Assembly (NCBI GenBank): GCA_963674705.1
Contig: OY771506.1
Coordinates: forward strand, 128,001-192,000
Source: Phycisphaeraceae bacterium
Lineage (GTDB): Bacteria; Planctomycetota; Phycisphaerae; Phycisphaerales; Phycisphaeraceae
Direction of reading: 5' to 3'
Length of the DNA: 64,000 nt
Shown: positions 10,970-20,486 of the stretch, piece after piece
Layout of the letters: each line of letters opens with the position of its first letter
Numbering within the stretch: the stretch's first letter is position 1
Notes under the pieces: model-generated
What the model was told of the DNA's origin: nothing
Seen by the model: the letters and a program-made list of their open reading frames with translations, nothing else
Databases searched by the model: none
Made by a program: the position numbers and the translations under genes

Positions 10970-11031
10970 TATTGCATGCAATAGATACATGCAATGCATG
11001 TTGCATTACTTGCAATTATAGTCGATTGCAA
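10970..11031. promoter_or_regulatory. Cluster of TGCA-centred palindromes; candidate operators
   Basis: TATTGCATGCAATA (perfect, 10970-10983), ACATGCA-A-TGCATGT (10987-11001), TTGCAAT-N8-ATTGCAA (11010-11031); seven TGCA in an AT-rich intergenic region. Confidence 0.5.
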
Positions 11032-11434
11032 TTTCATGTCAACGATTATTCCTCGCCGGATAAAGATCAAAATGATATTCGAAAAGTTAAAAATCGGCTA
11101 CAGAATGTATAAAATAAGTATCTATTTATTAGATATTTATGGAATTATCCCGTACGGGTCCCGCAGGGGTGACGAGGCGTCCGCCGGACCCGCCCCACCG
11201 CCTGTCTCATGTACTGCCACCGCTTTCTCAAACCTGCCCGGCCGTTACAGCGTTTCATCCTGACAGCACGCAAAACAGCAGAAACATCCCCCCTAATCCC
11301 TAACCGATACAATCCTTATCATTGTTTGCATCGCACGCCCGCCGATGCGGACACCCAATCAAATGCGCACGGGATATGACGGCCAGACAAAACGAGGAAA
11401 ATGTGAGATGTAGAGGATCTACGTGCCCCGAACA

Positions 11435-12607
11435 CTAATCATGCTCGAGCCCATCAACCCCATTACTAGATGCCCCCGAAACAGCTCCTCCCGGGATAGA
11501 TGCCCCTGAAATAGATGCACCCGGGATAGAAGCCCCAACCGAATCGCTCGGTAACACAAGTGATGGCGGGACGTTAATCACCGCAGGCGGCTCCAGACGG
11601 TTACGCATCCGCGAACGCAGCCGACGGATCGCGATCCGCGCCACCTCGCGCGGGTTGATATCGATCGTCGCCGGCCGAGGCGACATCAACGACAACTGCG
11701 TTTCATCGTTGTCGCAGGAAATCACCCTAACATCCTGCTCCGGATTCACGCCCGCCTGCTGCAAAGCCGTGTAAAACTGCGTCGTTTCATGATCGCGCGG
11801 ACAAAACAGACCGTCCGGCTTGTAACCGTCGTTGGCGATGGCGTCGGCGACCTCTTCGATGGTCGGCAGCACGGTGACTTTACCCGCGTAAGCCTTGCCA
11901 TGCGTTGGGTTATCGCTGACCAGGTAGGCGCCGATCTCCATGTCGCTGTCCACCGCCGTGCTGGCGAACATCATCAGTCGCTGGCGTGTCAGGGGCCAGT
12001 TCGGCGTCAGCGTCACCATGGCGACGCGCTTGCAACCCTTGTCCGCCAAGTAGTTTGCAGCAATCCGGCCGATGCCCAGGTTGTCCGGCAGGATGTGGTC
12101 GATGTGCAGGTGATTGGCGTGCCCACCCATCGCCCAGACCGCCGGCATCCGCTGGGAGATGCCTTCGATCGCCTTGACCCATTCAGGGCTGCGCGTCGCG
12201 CTACTGTCGACCAGCAGGATCGCCCCACCTACATCGCCTCGCTTCACAAGTCGGCTTGATTCCGTGGCTTGCGGCATGTCATCCAACAACACATCCACAT
12301 CAAACTCACGCGCCGCCGTGGTCACACCCGCGACAAACGCACCGATCACTGGCATCGTCATCCAGCTATGGTGCATCTGCCCAAGCGTCAGCACCGCGAT
12401 CCGGCTGTTTTTAAGTGATTGTTTGCCAGCACGATCCCGCCGCGAGCCGCTTCTGGTGCGCGCGATCGGCGGGGTGTAACCCAGCTTCTCGACTGCTTCG
12501 CGGATCTTTTTCACCGTCTCCTCGCGGACCAATGGCGAGTTATTCAACGCTCGCGACACCGTCGCGGTCGAAACACCAGCCATTTTGGCGATCTCTGCTA
12601 AGGACAT
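11435..12607 (-). CDS. LacI-family transcriptional regulator (paralog B)
   Basis: HTH MSLAEIAKMAGVSTATVSRALN; long identical stretches with paralog A (PATIDINPREVARIAIRRLRSRMRNRLE); GASIP/GASIS tandem repeats at the C-terminus. Confidence 0.92.
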   Translation of the reverse strand: MSLAEIAKMAGVSTATVSRALNNSPLVREETVKKIREAVEKLGYTPPIARTRSGSRRDRAGKQSLKNSRIAVLTLGQMHHSWMTMPVIGAFVAGVTTAAREFDVDVLLDDMPQATESSRLVKRGDVGGAILLVDSSATRSPEWVKAIEGISQRMPAVWAMGGHANHLHIDHILPDNLGIGRIAANYLADKGCKRVAMVTLTPNWPLTRQRLMMFASTAVDSDMEIGAYLVSDNPTHGKAYAGKVTVLPTIEEVADAIANDGYKPDGLFCPRDHETTQFYTALQQAGVNPEQDVRVISCDNDETQLSLMSPRPATIDINPREVARIAIRRLRSRMRNRLEPPAVINVPPSLVLPSDSVGASIPGASISGASIPGGAVSGASSNGVDGLEHD

Positions 12608-13310
12608 GGACTTACCTGTAAATAAGACGAAGTCGTATCAGTAAATCTTACATCGGCGGTTACAAAATGCAATCTTACCTTTCATCAACGCCCCACCCGC
12701 CCCGCTATTGCCTTATTGTTTATATTTCCTTGATTTACCTCGCTAAAGAAGTGTGGTTAATCAATGTATCAATGTCCGGTAATGATCGAACCGGACGCTG
12801 TATGTAATGAGAACCCCCGATGACAGGCCTAATGACACGCCGCACCACCACAACTTACCGATGGGCGCCGCCGGCAGAACCAACAACGCACAGACTACAA
12901 GCCACCGCTTCTTAACAGATTCACCGCCCCCCACGCTTTCGGCCGTACCCCAACCCACCGCCTCAGGCAAATTCGTCACACAGCAGTAGCCACTTATCCA
13001 CCGCCGATTGCGCGCACAGTCTCGTCGTGATTGCCCCCCGTGCGCACACGCACACACGCACAATTCGCCCTCGGTCGACGACCGGGGGCCAGACCCTGGG
13101 CCTTCATCCGGGGGCCACATCCGGGGGCCTTCGATTTGTGGAGCTGTATTCATGATGCTTGGTGTGATGAGCTTTGACATAATCTGCTACATTGCGTGAA
13201 CAAGGCTCCACGTCGTCGACGTGGGCCCAAGTGTAAGTTTCCTGCAGCGGATCATAAGGCCACTGGAATGGACACTACGATCTCAATCGGCAAGCGATTC
13301 ATTGCAGTTT

Positions 13311-13345
13311 GCCCATTTAAGATTCCTGGCACCTTTTCGGGTCCC
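13311..13345. repeat. 35-bp direct repeat A, left copy (GCCCATTTAAGATTCCTGGCACCTTTTCGGGTCCC)
   Basis: Matches 15414-15448 with one mismatch. Confidence 0.9.
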
Positions 13346-13379
13346 GGGGGCCACACCCTGGGCCTTCATCCGTGCGTCA

Positions 13380-13483
13380 CATCCGGGGGCCACATCCGGG
13401 GGCCGCATCCGGGGGCCGCATCCGGGGGCCGCATCCGGGGGCCGCATCCGGGGGCCGCATCCGGGGGCCGCATCCGGGGGCCT
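13380..13483. repeat. 13-bp tandem repeat (CATCCGGGGGCCN) x8
   Basis: Eight consecutive units counted; two units at the paralogous position 13105-13130. Confidence 0.95.
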
Positions 13484-13603
13484 TCGCGAAGCGAAGACTT
13501 TAAATTGAAGTCTTGCGTGTTGAGCTTTGACACAATTTGATACATTGTGCGAGCAGGGCCCCACGTCGTCGACGTGGGGCTAAATGAAAGAGCATGTTAT
13601 TGA

Positions 13604-14116
13604 ATGGGGGTAAAACACGTGGGGCAAACGCTGGGGGTGATGTTGACGATGACAACTTACGGCACGTGGCTGCGCGGCGATCAGCGCGGGTGGGTGGATG
13701 ATGGGAAGATCCTTCCGCCGAATCCGCAGATCGAAGATTACGATCGCGAACATCTGAAGTACAAACCGTTCTTCTTCAACCAAACGCAACAACAATCCGC
13801 GGGCACGCTTGTGATCCGGTCCGCAAAAGAGAAATTGCATACGCCGATCTGGGCGCTATCGATCGAAGCCTGGCACATGCATATCGTCATCGGCCCGATC
13901 GTTCAATCGATCGGTGAAGCGTCGAAGGAATTCAAGTTATCCATCCTGCACGGCCTGCAACTTGGCCGCCCCATCTGGTCGAAAGGCTACGACAAACGCT
14001 GGTGCTTCAACGCAGCCTCGGTCGCGGCGCGCGTTCATTACGTGCAACGACACAACACACGGCGTGGGAAGAACGTGCAGCGTTGGTCGGGGTTGGATGT
14101 TTGTCCGTATGTTTAG
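13604..14116 (+). mobile_element. Y1/HUH tyrosine transposase (IS200/REP-associated, RAYT-like) #1
   Basis: LTMTTYGTWLRGDQRGWV N-terminus, HMH (HUH) motif, IWSKGY, and YVQRHN containing the likely catalytic Tyr. Confidence 0.8.
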
Positions 14117-14176
14117 GTTTATGTGTGTGGGTTGCGACAAGCCTTATGTCTTCACCTCAGATAAAGGGGATCAGCA

Positions 14177-14359
14177 ATGAACATCTTTGAATATCTGGCA
14201 AAAACCGCCTTGATCTGGGGCATCAGTTACGGATCAATCGTAATCACATCTGTGATTGATATTCCGTTATGGCTTGTAGTACTGATGGTAGTTGGTATTG
14301 TTCAATTGTTAATTTTGGCATTCACCAGAACACCGGAGAAAAAATGCGTTAACCCGTAA
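14177..14359 (+). CDS. Small membrane protein (2 predicted TM segments)
   Basis: 60 aa, two hydrophobic segments, AAGGGG RBS upstream, low GC. Confidence 0.55.
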   Translation: MNIFEYLAKTALIWGISYGSIVITSVIDIPLWLVVLMVVGIVQLLILAFTRTPEKKCVNP

Positions 14360-14467
14360 CAGGGGTCCACCCGGCTCAACCCGACTCGCTTGCTTAGGAA
14401 GGAAGATATGGCGTGTGGATTTCAATTGCAGGGAATAATACTTCTGTACATCATAAGGGGCATCGTA

Positions 14468-15379
14468 ATGTCGCTACTCAAGCATGCGTTAATAATTCTG
14501 GTTGTGTTCACATGTTTGGGCGGTTGCGTCTCGACTAAGCCTGGCAATACCTTGCATGCCATCAATGGCACAGATTACCTGATCGCCTTAGCAGAGCTTC
14601 AGTATGATTCGCATGATCAACAACACGGCGTCGACTACTTCAGACGTTTTGCGGGGTGGTGCAATCAGAAGTATTCATCACGCGGTCAAGACATGACGGA
14701 TCGAACCAAAGCAATTGCCGGCATGCTACGGGTCTTGGACGAGCACGCTGTTATTAATAATTCCGGCCGGGTGTTGTTCATCGAGCAAATAACGGAAGAT
14801 TGTTTTTCGGGTGGTTATGGTTATCAAAGCTATGCCATCATTTACATCTCGGAAGATGACCAGTGGAAGGATGAGGTGTTAGATAACGCCGGGGCCAACG
14901 TCATATTGGTGAATCAGGCGGCCTGGGATCAAGCTGAAAAACTCACGAGGCAGGCCGAAAGTAATAAGAACAAAAACTGGCCGGCGTCACCCTTGATCGT
15001 TCATCTGTGGGACGGTTCTCGCTGGCATTCTTCTATACACAATGATCCCGGCTTTAGTTGGATGGCGGACAAGGGAGCATTCGCTGATACCCACGGCGAA
15101 CTCACGAGGGCAAATCGAGCGTGGTCTTCGCATCACACACAAGCGTTCGATCTGTCCACGCTGCTACTTTATGTTTATCTTGTCTCCGGCTTGGATAATG
15201 ATGCCGCGTTCGGTCCGGTGCCGGACGGTATAGCGGCCCGATTGATGGGGGACAATGAGTTTATCTTGGGGCAAATGGGAAAAGGTTTCCCGGGAGGCGT
15301 CGAGGAAGCCATCGAATTGCTTGATAAACACGCGCCCTCGCTGCCGTCTGTATTTGAAGAAACCACACCCGAGAACTAA
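14468..15379 (+). CDS. Hypothetical lipoprotein
   Basis: Start moved to MSLLKHALIILVVFTCLGGC (lipobox-like LGGC); long ORF with lower GC than the flanks. Confidence 0.6.
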   Translation: MSLLKHALIILVVFTCLGGCVSTKPGNTLHAINGTDYLIALAELQYDSHDQQHGVDYFRRFAGWCNQKYSSRGQDMTDRTKAIAGMLRVLDEHAVINNSGRVLFIEQITEDCFSGGYGYQSYAIIYISEDDQWKDEVLDNAGANVILVNQAAWDQAEKLTRQAESNKNKNWPASPLIVHLWDGSRWHSSIHNDPGFSWMADKGAFADTHGELTRANRAWSSHHTQAFDLSTLLLYVYLVSGLDNDAAFGPVPDGIAARLMGDNEFILGQMGKGFPGGVEEAIELLDKHAPSLPSVFEETTPEN

Positions 15380-15395
15380 CAAGCCTTCGAGCTTG

Positions 15396-15448
15396 GCCCA
15401 TTTAAGGTTCCTGGCCCATTTAAGGTTCCTGGCACCTTTTCGGGTCCC
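15396..15448. repeat. 35-bp direct repeat A, right copy, preceded by an 18-bp partial tandem duplication
   Basis: GCCCATTTAAGGTTCCTG-GCCCATTTAAGGTTCCTGGCACCTTTTCGGGTCCC. Confidence 0.9.
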
Positions 15449-15751
15449 AGTACGTGGCTTCATACCGGTACGCATGCTTCAGGTCGCCGTCTATTCTCAC
15501 GAGAAGCAGAAAAAAATTCGAAGCATCATGGAAGTTCGGATTGCTCCGCAGGAAGTAGATGGCCTGTGGATCGCGAGAACAGCAACTGTCTCCGTAAAAG
15601 GACGCCCTTTGCAACAACACCTGGAGACAGGACAGCTTAATCCAGATGAATATTGGGAAGATTTGCGAACTATCGAAGTGACTAGTTTTAATCCTAGGCC
15701 AGAAGTTGGCCATGATACCTTCCACATCAAATTCCCCCATGGATTGTCTGT
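15449..15751 (+). pseudogene. Probable gene fragment between repeats A and B
   Basis: Protein-like open frame (IMEVRIAPQEVDGLWIARTATV...DTFHIKFPHGLSVTE) with no convincing own start and no stop before repeat B; bounded by repeats on both sides. Confidence 0.4.
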
Positions 15752-15800
15752 GACAGAAATGGTGTCAGGAACCTTTTTCGGTGTCAAGAACCTTTTTCGG
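15752..15800. repeat. 32-bp direct repeat B, left copy (GACAGAAATGGTGTCAGGAACCTTTTTCGGTG), plus partial tandem duplication
   Basis: 15752-15783 is identical to 16852-16883; followed by a partial repeat GTGTCAAGAACCTTTTTCGG. Confidence 0.9.
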
Positions 15801-15863
15801 CGCGAAGACCACTCACCGGGAGACCCGACTTTCATAGTTTCTTTTCTGGACCCCCGCGCGCAT

Positions 15864-15898
15864 AAAAAAGCCCGGCGGCTTTTCGGCCGAGGGGCTTT
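15864..15898 (-). terminator. Probable intrinsic terminator
   Basis: AAAAAAGCCCGGCGGC...GCCGAGGGGCTTT imperfect hairpin with a U-tract on the minus strand, downstream of the PEP-CTERM gene. Confidence 0.5.
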
Positions 15899-15927
15899 GA
15901 GGTATTTGGTGGACTGAGAGTCGGGGC

Positions 15928-16500
15928 TTACCTGCGACGCCGGCCGGCCAGGCCGATGACGCCCAGCGTCAGCAGGGCTAGGCTCGCCGGTTCGGGGCTG
16001 ATCTGATATTCGGGGGTGCGATCGCCGTCCGGATAGGGCACGTCGCCGCCCACCGTGAAGTAGACCGAACTGATGGTCCCGGCCACGCCTCCCAGCGGGG
16101 CGCTGAAGTCGGCGGTGAGATTCGGCGCCAGGAACACCGGCGGGGCGCTGACGAAGTCGCCCTGGTCGGTCTCGACGACGAGTTGGAAGATCCAACTGTT
16201 CTCGTTGGAGTTCTTGAGCGTAAGCGCGAAGTCGTCGCCGGCGGCGAACGGGATGCTGAGCCCGTCGAGTCCGACGCCCGCGGCCTGTAGCCCGGTCTGC
16301 GGCGGGGCGAAGATGGTCGTGAACGTCACCGCGGTCCCGGCGGGGATCACGCCGTTGTTCACGGTGATCGTGGCCGGGTCACTTGCATCCAACTGCGAGA
16401 AGCCCGCGATCTCGGGAATGCCGAACGAAAGTGTCGCGGCCTGCGTGACTGAAGACACCGCGCCGATGAGTAGAACTGCAGTAAGAATACGTGTTTTCAT
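15928..16500 (-). CDS. Small PEP-CTERM protein
   Basis: Start moved to MKTRILTAVLL (GGAGAAGGA RBS); signal peptide; SPEPASLALL...RRRR. Confidence 0.85.
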   Translation of the reverse strand: MKTRILTAVLLIGAVSSVTQAATLSFGIPEIAGFSQLDASDPATITVNNGVIPAGTAVTFTTIFAPPQTGLQAAGVGLDGLSIPFAAGDDFALTLKNSNENSWIFQLVVETDQGDFVSAPPVFLAPNLTADFSAPLGGVAGTISSVYFTVGGDVPYPDGDRTPEYQISPEPASLALLTLGVIGLAGRRRR

Positions 16501-16819
16501 GGGTCCTTCTCCTCCGTCTGCAACAGATTGCAGATCCACGGCCTTTAGACCATCCGCCCATGTCTACAATGAAAATATCAGGAGCACCGACTCCTGTCAA
16601 TCATTTTTTATTACTAGAAGCTGTTTCAAAACCGCCGGGCGACCCAGTTAGTGATCTTCAATCCGAGATTCTGACCCTAACAAATACCGTTTTGAAACAG
16701 CCACTAATTTTAACCGACATTTCCCATTTGACCTCCACCCGACTACACAGCCGGACTTCTCAGTAACCAGCTTATAGCCTACAGCCACGATCCCCGAAAA
16801 CGCAAGACTTCATACACCG

Positions 16820-16883
16820 GACAGAAATGGTGTCAGGGGACAGAAATGGTGGACAGAAATGGTGTCAGGAACCTTTTTCGGTG
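16820..16883. repeat. Repeat B, right copy, with stuttered partial copies; overlaps the transposase stop codon
   Basis: GACAGAAATGGTG occurs three times (16820, 16839, 16852); the transposase TGA lies inside the GGT-N7-ACC hairpin. Confidence 0.9.
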
Positions 16884-17569
16884 ACCTTCTTCGGGCGGCC
16901 TCTGGGTCTGACGGTCGTTTCCAGGCCGTGCTTGCGGATCATGCGGTCGCGCCATGCGCGGGAGCCGTAGGGGCTGCAACGGTTGGCGGCGATGCGCAGG
17001 GCCTCGAGTTCTGCTGAGGTCTGCGGCTGATTCACTAACGCAAGCCAACCCCTCGGCCGTCTCCCGCCCGGTGTGGGCCAAGGGCTTAGCAGGCGTTTCT
17101 GCTCCGCGTTGCCGTGCTTCCAACGCCACAGGCTCGACCACCGCCACGACTCCGCCCGCGCCCTCGGCGACGGCAACCCCGCCCGCTTCGCGTTCCGCTC
17201 CACGTACCGGCATACCGTAGCAAGGTGCGACTCGCCATGGACCAGAAACGATTTATACCGCCCCTGATACACGTGCCCCTCGCCCGTCGTGTGCCGATGG
17301 GCATGCCACCGCTGTGTGTGCGTCAGCGTCAACCAGCCCACAAACTTGGACAGGTCCCCGTCCCGTCTGGGCCTAAGCACCATGTGCCAGTGATTGGGCA
17401 TCAAACAATACGCCAACACCCGCATCGCCGTCCGCTGCACCGCTTGCTCAAGGATCGCCTCGAACGCCTGGTAGTCCCCATCATCGTCAAAGATCGCCAT
17501 CCGGGCATTGCCGCGGTTCAAGACGTGATACACATATCCGCCGACATCAACCCGTGGTGAGCGTCCCAT
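16865..17569 (-). mobile_element. REP-associated tyrosine transposase (RAYT/Y1 HUH) #2
   Basis: YHVLNRGN, YCLMPNHWHMVL (HUH), GHVYQGRYKSF, VCRYVERN (Tyr), WRWSS; hairpin motifs at both ends (16852-16883 and AAGGTCCCTGGAACCTT at ~17609-17625). Confidence 0.88.
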
Positions 17570-17640
17570 GCCACCAGACTATTTGCCGAGGTCTAAAACG
17601 TCAAGAATAAGGTCCCTGGAACCTTTTTTGGGGGGTCAGA

Positions 17641-17667
17641 AAAAAACCCCGGCGTTTGCCGGGGTTT
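17641..17667 (-). terminator. Intrinsic terminator
   Basis: AAAAAACCCCGGC-GTTT-GCCGGGGTTT hairpin downstream of 17698-18435. Confidence 0.7.
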
Positions 17668-17697
17668 GGGTTGATTGGGTGATATCAGTTGGGCTGA

Positions 17698-18435
17698 TCA
17701 GCGGCGTCGCTGCGTCAGCGCCAGGCCGCCGAGGGCGAGCAGCGCGAGGCTGGCGGGTTCGGGGACAACCTGCACGTCCATGGCGACGGTTTCGACGCCC
17801 CAGCCTGCCTTGCTGACCTGGATGCCGAAGTTGTACTCACCGAGGGCGTTCGGGTCGAACGCGCCGGCCGGGGGCGAGATCACGCCGGGGATGGCGCTTG
17901 CCAGGAACCCGAACATGAGGTTTTGCGAATCTTCGACCAGTGTTGCACCCGGGTTGGCGGATCCGAGGATCGCGTTGGTGACATTGATCGAGCCGAGTGA
18001 ACCGATCGCGGTGTCGAAGCTTGTATCGAAGTCGTAGTAGAGATCGATCTGGTAATCGGCAAGGACGGGCGTAGCGCCGTTGCTGCCGATGACCTTCATG
18101 TAGTAATTGAAGTTCCACAGTGCGCCTTCGATGGCACTTTGGTTGTTGCCGCCGAAGTTGCTGCCGGGCGTGGCGAAGTAGGTGCCTGCGCCGTCGTTGG
18201 TGAGTGCGGGGTTGGAGTAGCGTTGGGTTGCGCTCATCGCCACGATGATAGTGACGTCGCCGTCGACGAACTGTGAAGCGATGGCGACTTCATCATTGGG
18301 GATGCCCTGGCCGCCGAAGGTCGCGTCATCTAACGGACCGAAAGTGTCATAGATCGGTGTGGCTTGCGCGAGTGCGGTGGTCATCGAAACGACCGCCGTC
18401 GCGGCAAGCAGGAACGAAGCCTTACTGGTAGACAT
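17698..18435 (-). CDS. PEP-CTERM protein, function unknown
   Basis: Signal peptide, AGGAG RBS, VPEPASLALLALGGLALTQRRR. Confidence 0.88.
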   Translation of the reverse strand: MSTSKASFLLAATAVVSMTTALAQATPIYDTFGPLDDATFGGQGIPNDEVAIASQFVDGDVTIIVAMSATQRYSNPALTNDGAGTYFATPGSNFGGNNQSAIEGALWNFNYYMKVIGSNGATPVLADYQIDLYYDFDTSFDTAIGSLGSINVTNAILGSANPGATLVEDSQNLMFGFLASAIPGVISPPAGAFDPNALGEYNFGIQVSKAGWGVETVAMDVQVVPEPASLALLALGGLALTQRRR

Positions 18436-18935
18436 TGTCTCCCTCTCCTTTGGTTGAGCTGATCCGTATTGGATGAGCTACGTTGTTCTATTCAGCTTAG
18501 TGGGATCAACGAATCTAGGCAAGTAGATTCTGACGGTTTTCTATAACAATTTTGCTATCTTCCCCATTTTAACATCCGCGAAGCATATCACGATTTAAAC
18601 GTTGTCAGCGTAAGAAAGCCAGGGCTGCGAGGTGATGTAAACCAATTAAACATAGGCGGTTGAAACTCACTTCATGGGTAATGCAGAAGATGAGGATACT
18701 GAGATTGCGGGTGTTGGGTGTGCGGCGGGTGAGAATAAAGACAATTATAGTATTTTTATCTTGAAATCATGTGTCGCGGATTTACACTTAATGGTTGGAG
18801 AGCCTGGCGGTGTTGCCGGGCGGGCTTCGCGTGGGAGCGCGGCTTACTTAAGGTAAGTCTATGAAGCCAATTAGGAGGGGCAGGAGGTTGTTTGCCTGCC
18901 GTTTATTCACACTTCTTTTAGCAGGTGACAATCTC

Positions 18936-20351
18936 ATGAAAGGCTTATTACGCAAATCGAAAGCGGTCACCCCGGTCGTGCTCGGCGGCCTCGCTGTTAT
19001 GGCGTTGGGTTCGTCGGCATCGGCGACGCCTTACGCTTCGGGGATCCAACTGAACGGCGCGAGTTCTTCGTTTGTTTTAAACGAAGGCGGCGCGATGGTG
19101 GACGTCGTGTATGACGGCGGCGCAACGGTCGTGAACCTGGGCGTGCTTGGCGCCGGGACGCACATGTTCGACGATACGCTGGGCGCGAGCTGGCAAATCG
19201 TCGTCAGCAAAAACGCGGCGGCCGGCTGGACGCAGATCAGCGACGACACTCTGACTCAGAGCAAGTACTACTCGCCCAAGGGCGTGGCTGTGGATGCAAA
19301 CCCGGCGCGTTCGACGTTTGGCCAGATCATCGTGGCTGAAGCGTTGGGCGGCACGACTAACGGACGCACCACGACGGACGGCATCTACATCATGAGTGCC
19401 GATCAGGGTGATGTGACCGGCCAAGGCGACACGGCGTACGGCGGCGGCGTGGATTGGTCGACGAGTTCGAGCAGCCCGTTCAAGGTCTCGCTGAACCAGG
19501 ACGACCCGACGGGTTCGGACTACAGCATCTACATCAGCGACTGGAGCGATTCTCACTCCGGCGTGTGGACGGCAGATATGCTAAGCCCGGCCAGCTCGTT
19601 TAATGAACTGCTGGACAACACGGGCCGTGATGGAGCGGGCGTGGTGCTGGCAAATGGCGGCGTGGGGCCGGATCAGTTGCACGGCAGTGTGCCGGTCGGG
19701 CCTTGGGTCGAAGGCACGGGCGTGGATCGCAAGATGTACACCGTGGATGAAGACGTGCGTCTTGGCAACGTGCTTCAGTACGACATCGGCACGACGACGG
19801 CCAACTATACCACGGCCCCGATCGATCGGGTCACCGATGGCGCAGGCAATATCCTCAATGGTCTGACAGACCTCGTTCGTGATGAGGACGGTAGCTGGTG
19901 GATCGCTCAGTATCGGTATACCGACGACGACGTTGTCTGCTCCCTGTCGCACTGGGCCGACGGCGCAACATCACCGAGCTGGACATCGGGCCCAAGTACT
20001 GTGCCCCTGGATTTAGCGTATGGCAGCATCGATATCATCGATGAACTGGACCTGCTGGTGTTGGGCACACGCGGCGGCATGATCTACCTGATGGATATCA
20101 GCGACCCGAGCAACCCGGCGCTGGTCGATACGATCGTCCATTCGGGCAGTTACGTCCGCGACGTGGCGTTTGACGCGGCCGGCAACGTTTATGCGGTGAG
20201 CAACAGCAGCGAAACGCTGCGCATCTATTCACCGGGTGGGACAACGATCGCGACGACAGGCTCGGATGGCTCGTTCTCCGTGGTTCCCGAGCCGGCAAGT
20301 GCTTTGTTGATGGTGCTTGGCGGGATCGCGATGGGGTATCGTCGACGCTAA
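18936..20351 (+). CDS. PEP-CTERM protein, probable beta-propeller
   Basis: Start moved to MKGLLRK; signal peptide; NHL-like blade motifs (SPKGVAVD, VRDVAFDAAGNVY); VPEPAS...RRR. Confidence 0.8.
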   Translation: MKGLLRKSKAVTPVVLGGLAVMALGSSASATPYASGIQLNGASSSFVLNEGGAMVDVVYDGGATVVNLGVLGAGTHMFDDTLGASWQIVVSKNAAAGWTQISDDTLTQSKYYSPKGVAVDANPARSTFGQIIVAEALGGTTNGRTTTDGIYIMSADQGDVTGQGDTAYGGGVDWSTSSSSPFKVSLNQDDPTGSDYSIYISDWSDSHSGVWTADMLSPASSFNELLDNTGRDGAGVVLANGGVGPDQLHGSVPVGPWVEGTGVDRKMYTVDEDVRLGNVLQYDIGTTTANYTTAPIDRVTDGAGNILNGLTDLVRDEDGSWWIAQYRYTDDDVVCSLSHWADGATSPSWTSGPSTVPLDLAYGSIDIIDELDLLVLGTRGGMIYLMDISDPSNPALVDTIVHSGSYVRDVAFDAAGNVYAVSNSSETLRIYSPGGTTIATTGSDGSFSVVPEPASALLMVLGGIAMGYRRR

Positions 20352-20403
20352 GACGCGAAACCGGTGAATAGCCGGACGTTTGATAAGTAACAAACAGACA
20401 ATC

Positions 20404-20451
20404 AAGGTGCCAGGAGTCTACCTGAGGGGTAGGATTCCTGGCACCTTTTTT
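20404..20451 (+). terminator. Inverted doublet of the GGTGCCAGGA motif forming a long hairpin (REPIN-like); probable terminator
   Basis: AAGGTGCCAGGAGTCTACC...GGTAGGATTCCTGGCACCTT followed by a T-run, between convergent genes. Confidence 0.65.
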
Positions 20452-20486
20452 ATTTCATCAAGTTGATGCAAGCACGAGGAACCCTG

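Larger units (their letters stand above)
13067..13580. repeat. Duplicated unit with three REP-like palindromes upstream of a Y1 transposase
   Basis: GCCCTCGGTCG-A-CGACCGGGGGC (13067-13089), CCACGTCG-T-CGACGTGG (13208-13224), GCCCCACGTCG-T-CGACGTGGGGC (13558-13580); ~13090-13230 is an imperfect copy of ~13350-13580. Confidence 0.75.

Noticed and set aside
11467..11540. 15-bp repeats at the end of lacI paralog B as a mobile or regulatory element
   Set aside because: In-frame low-complexity tail (GASIP/GASIS), most simply explained by slippage.
13380..13483. Possible CRISPR array
   Set aside because: Units are 13 bp, contiguous, with no spacers; no cas genes. It is a VNTR.
15255..15917. 220-aa ORF as an intact gene
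   Set aside because: It overlaps the lipoprotein gene and reads through repeats A and B; only the middle looks protein-like.
13311..17630. Classical integron
   Set aside because: No tyrosine-recombinase intI and no attC-type sites recognised; the enzymes present are HUH/Y1.
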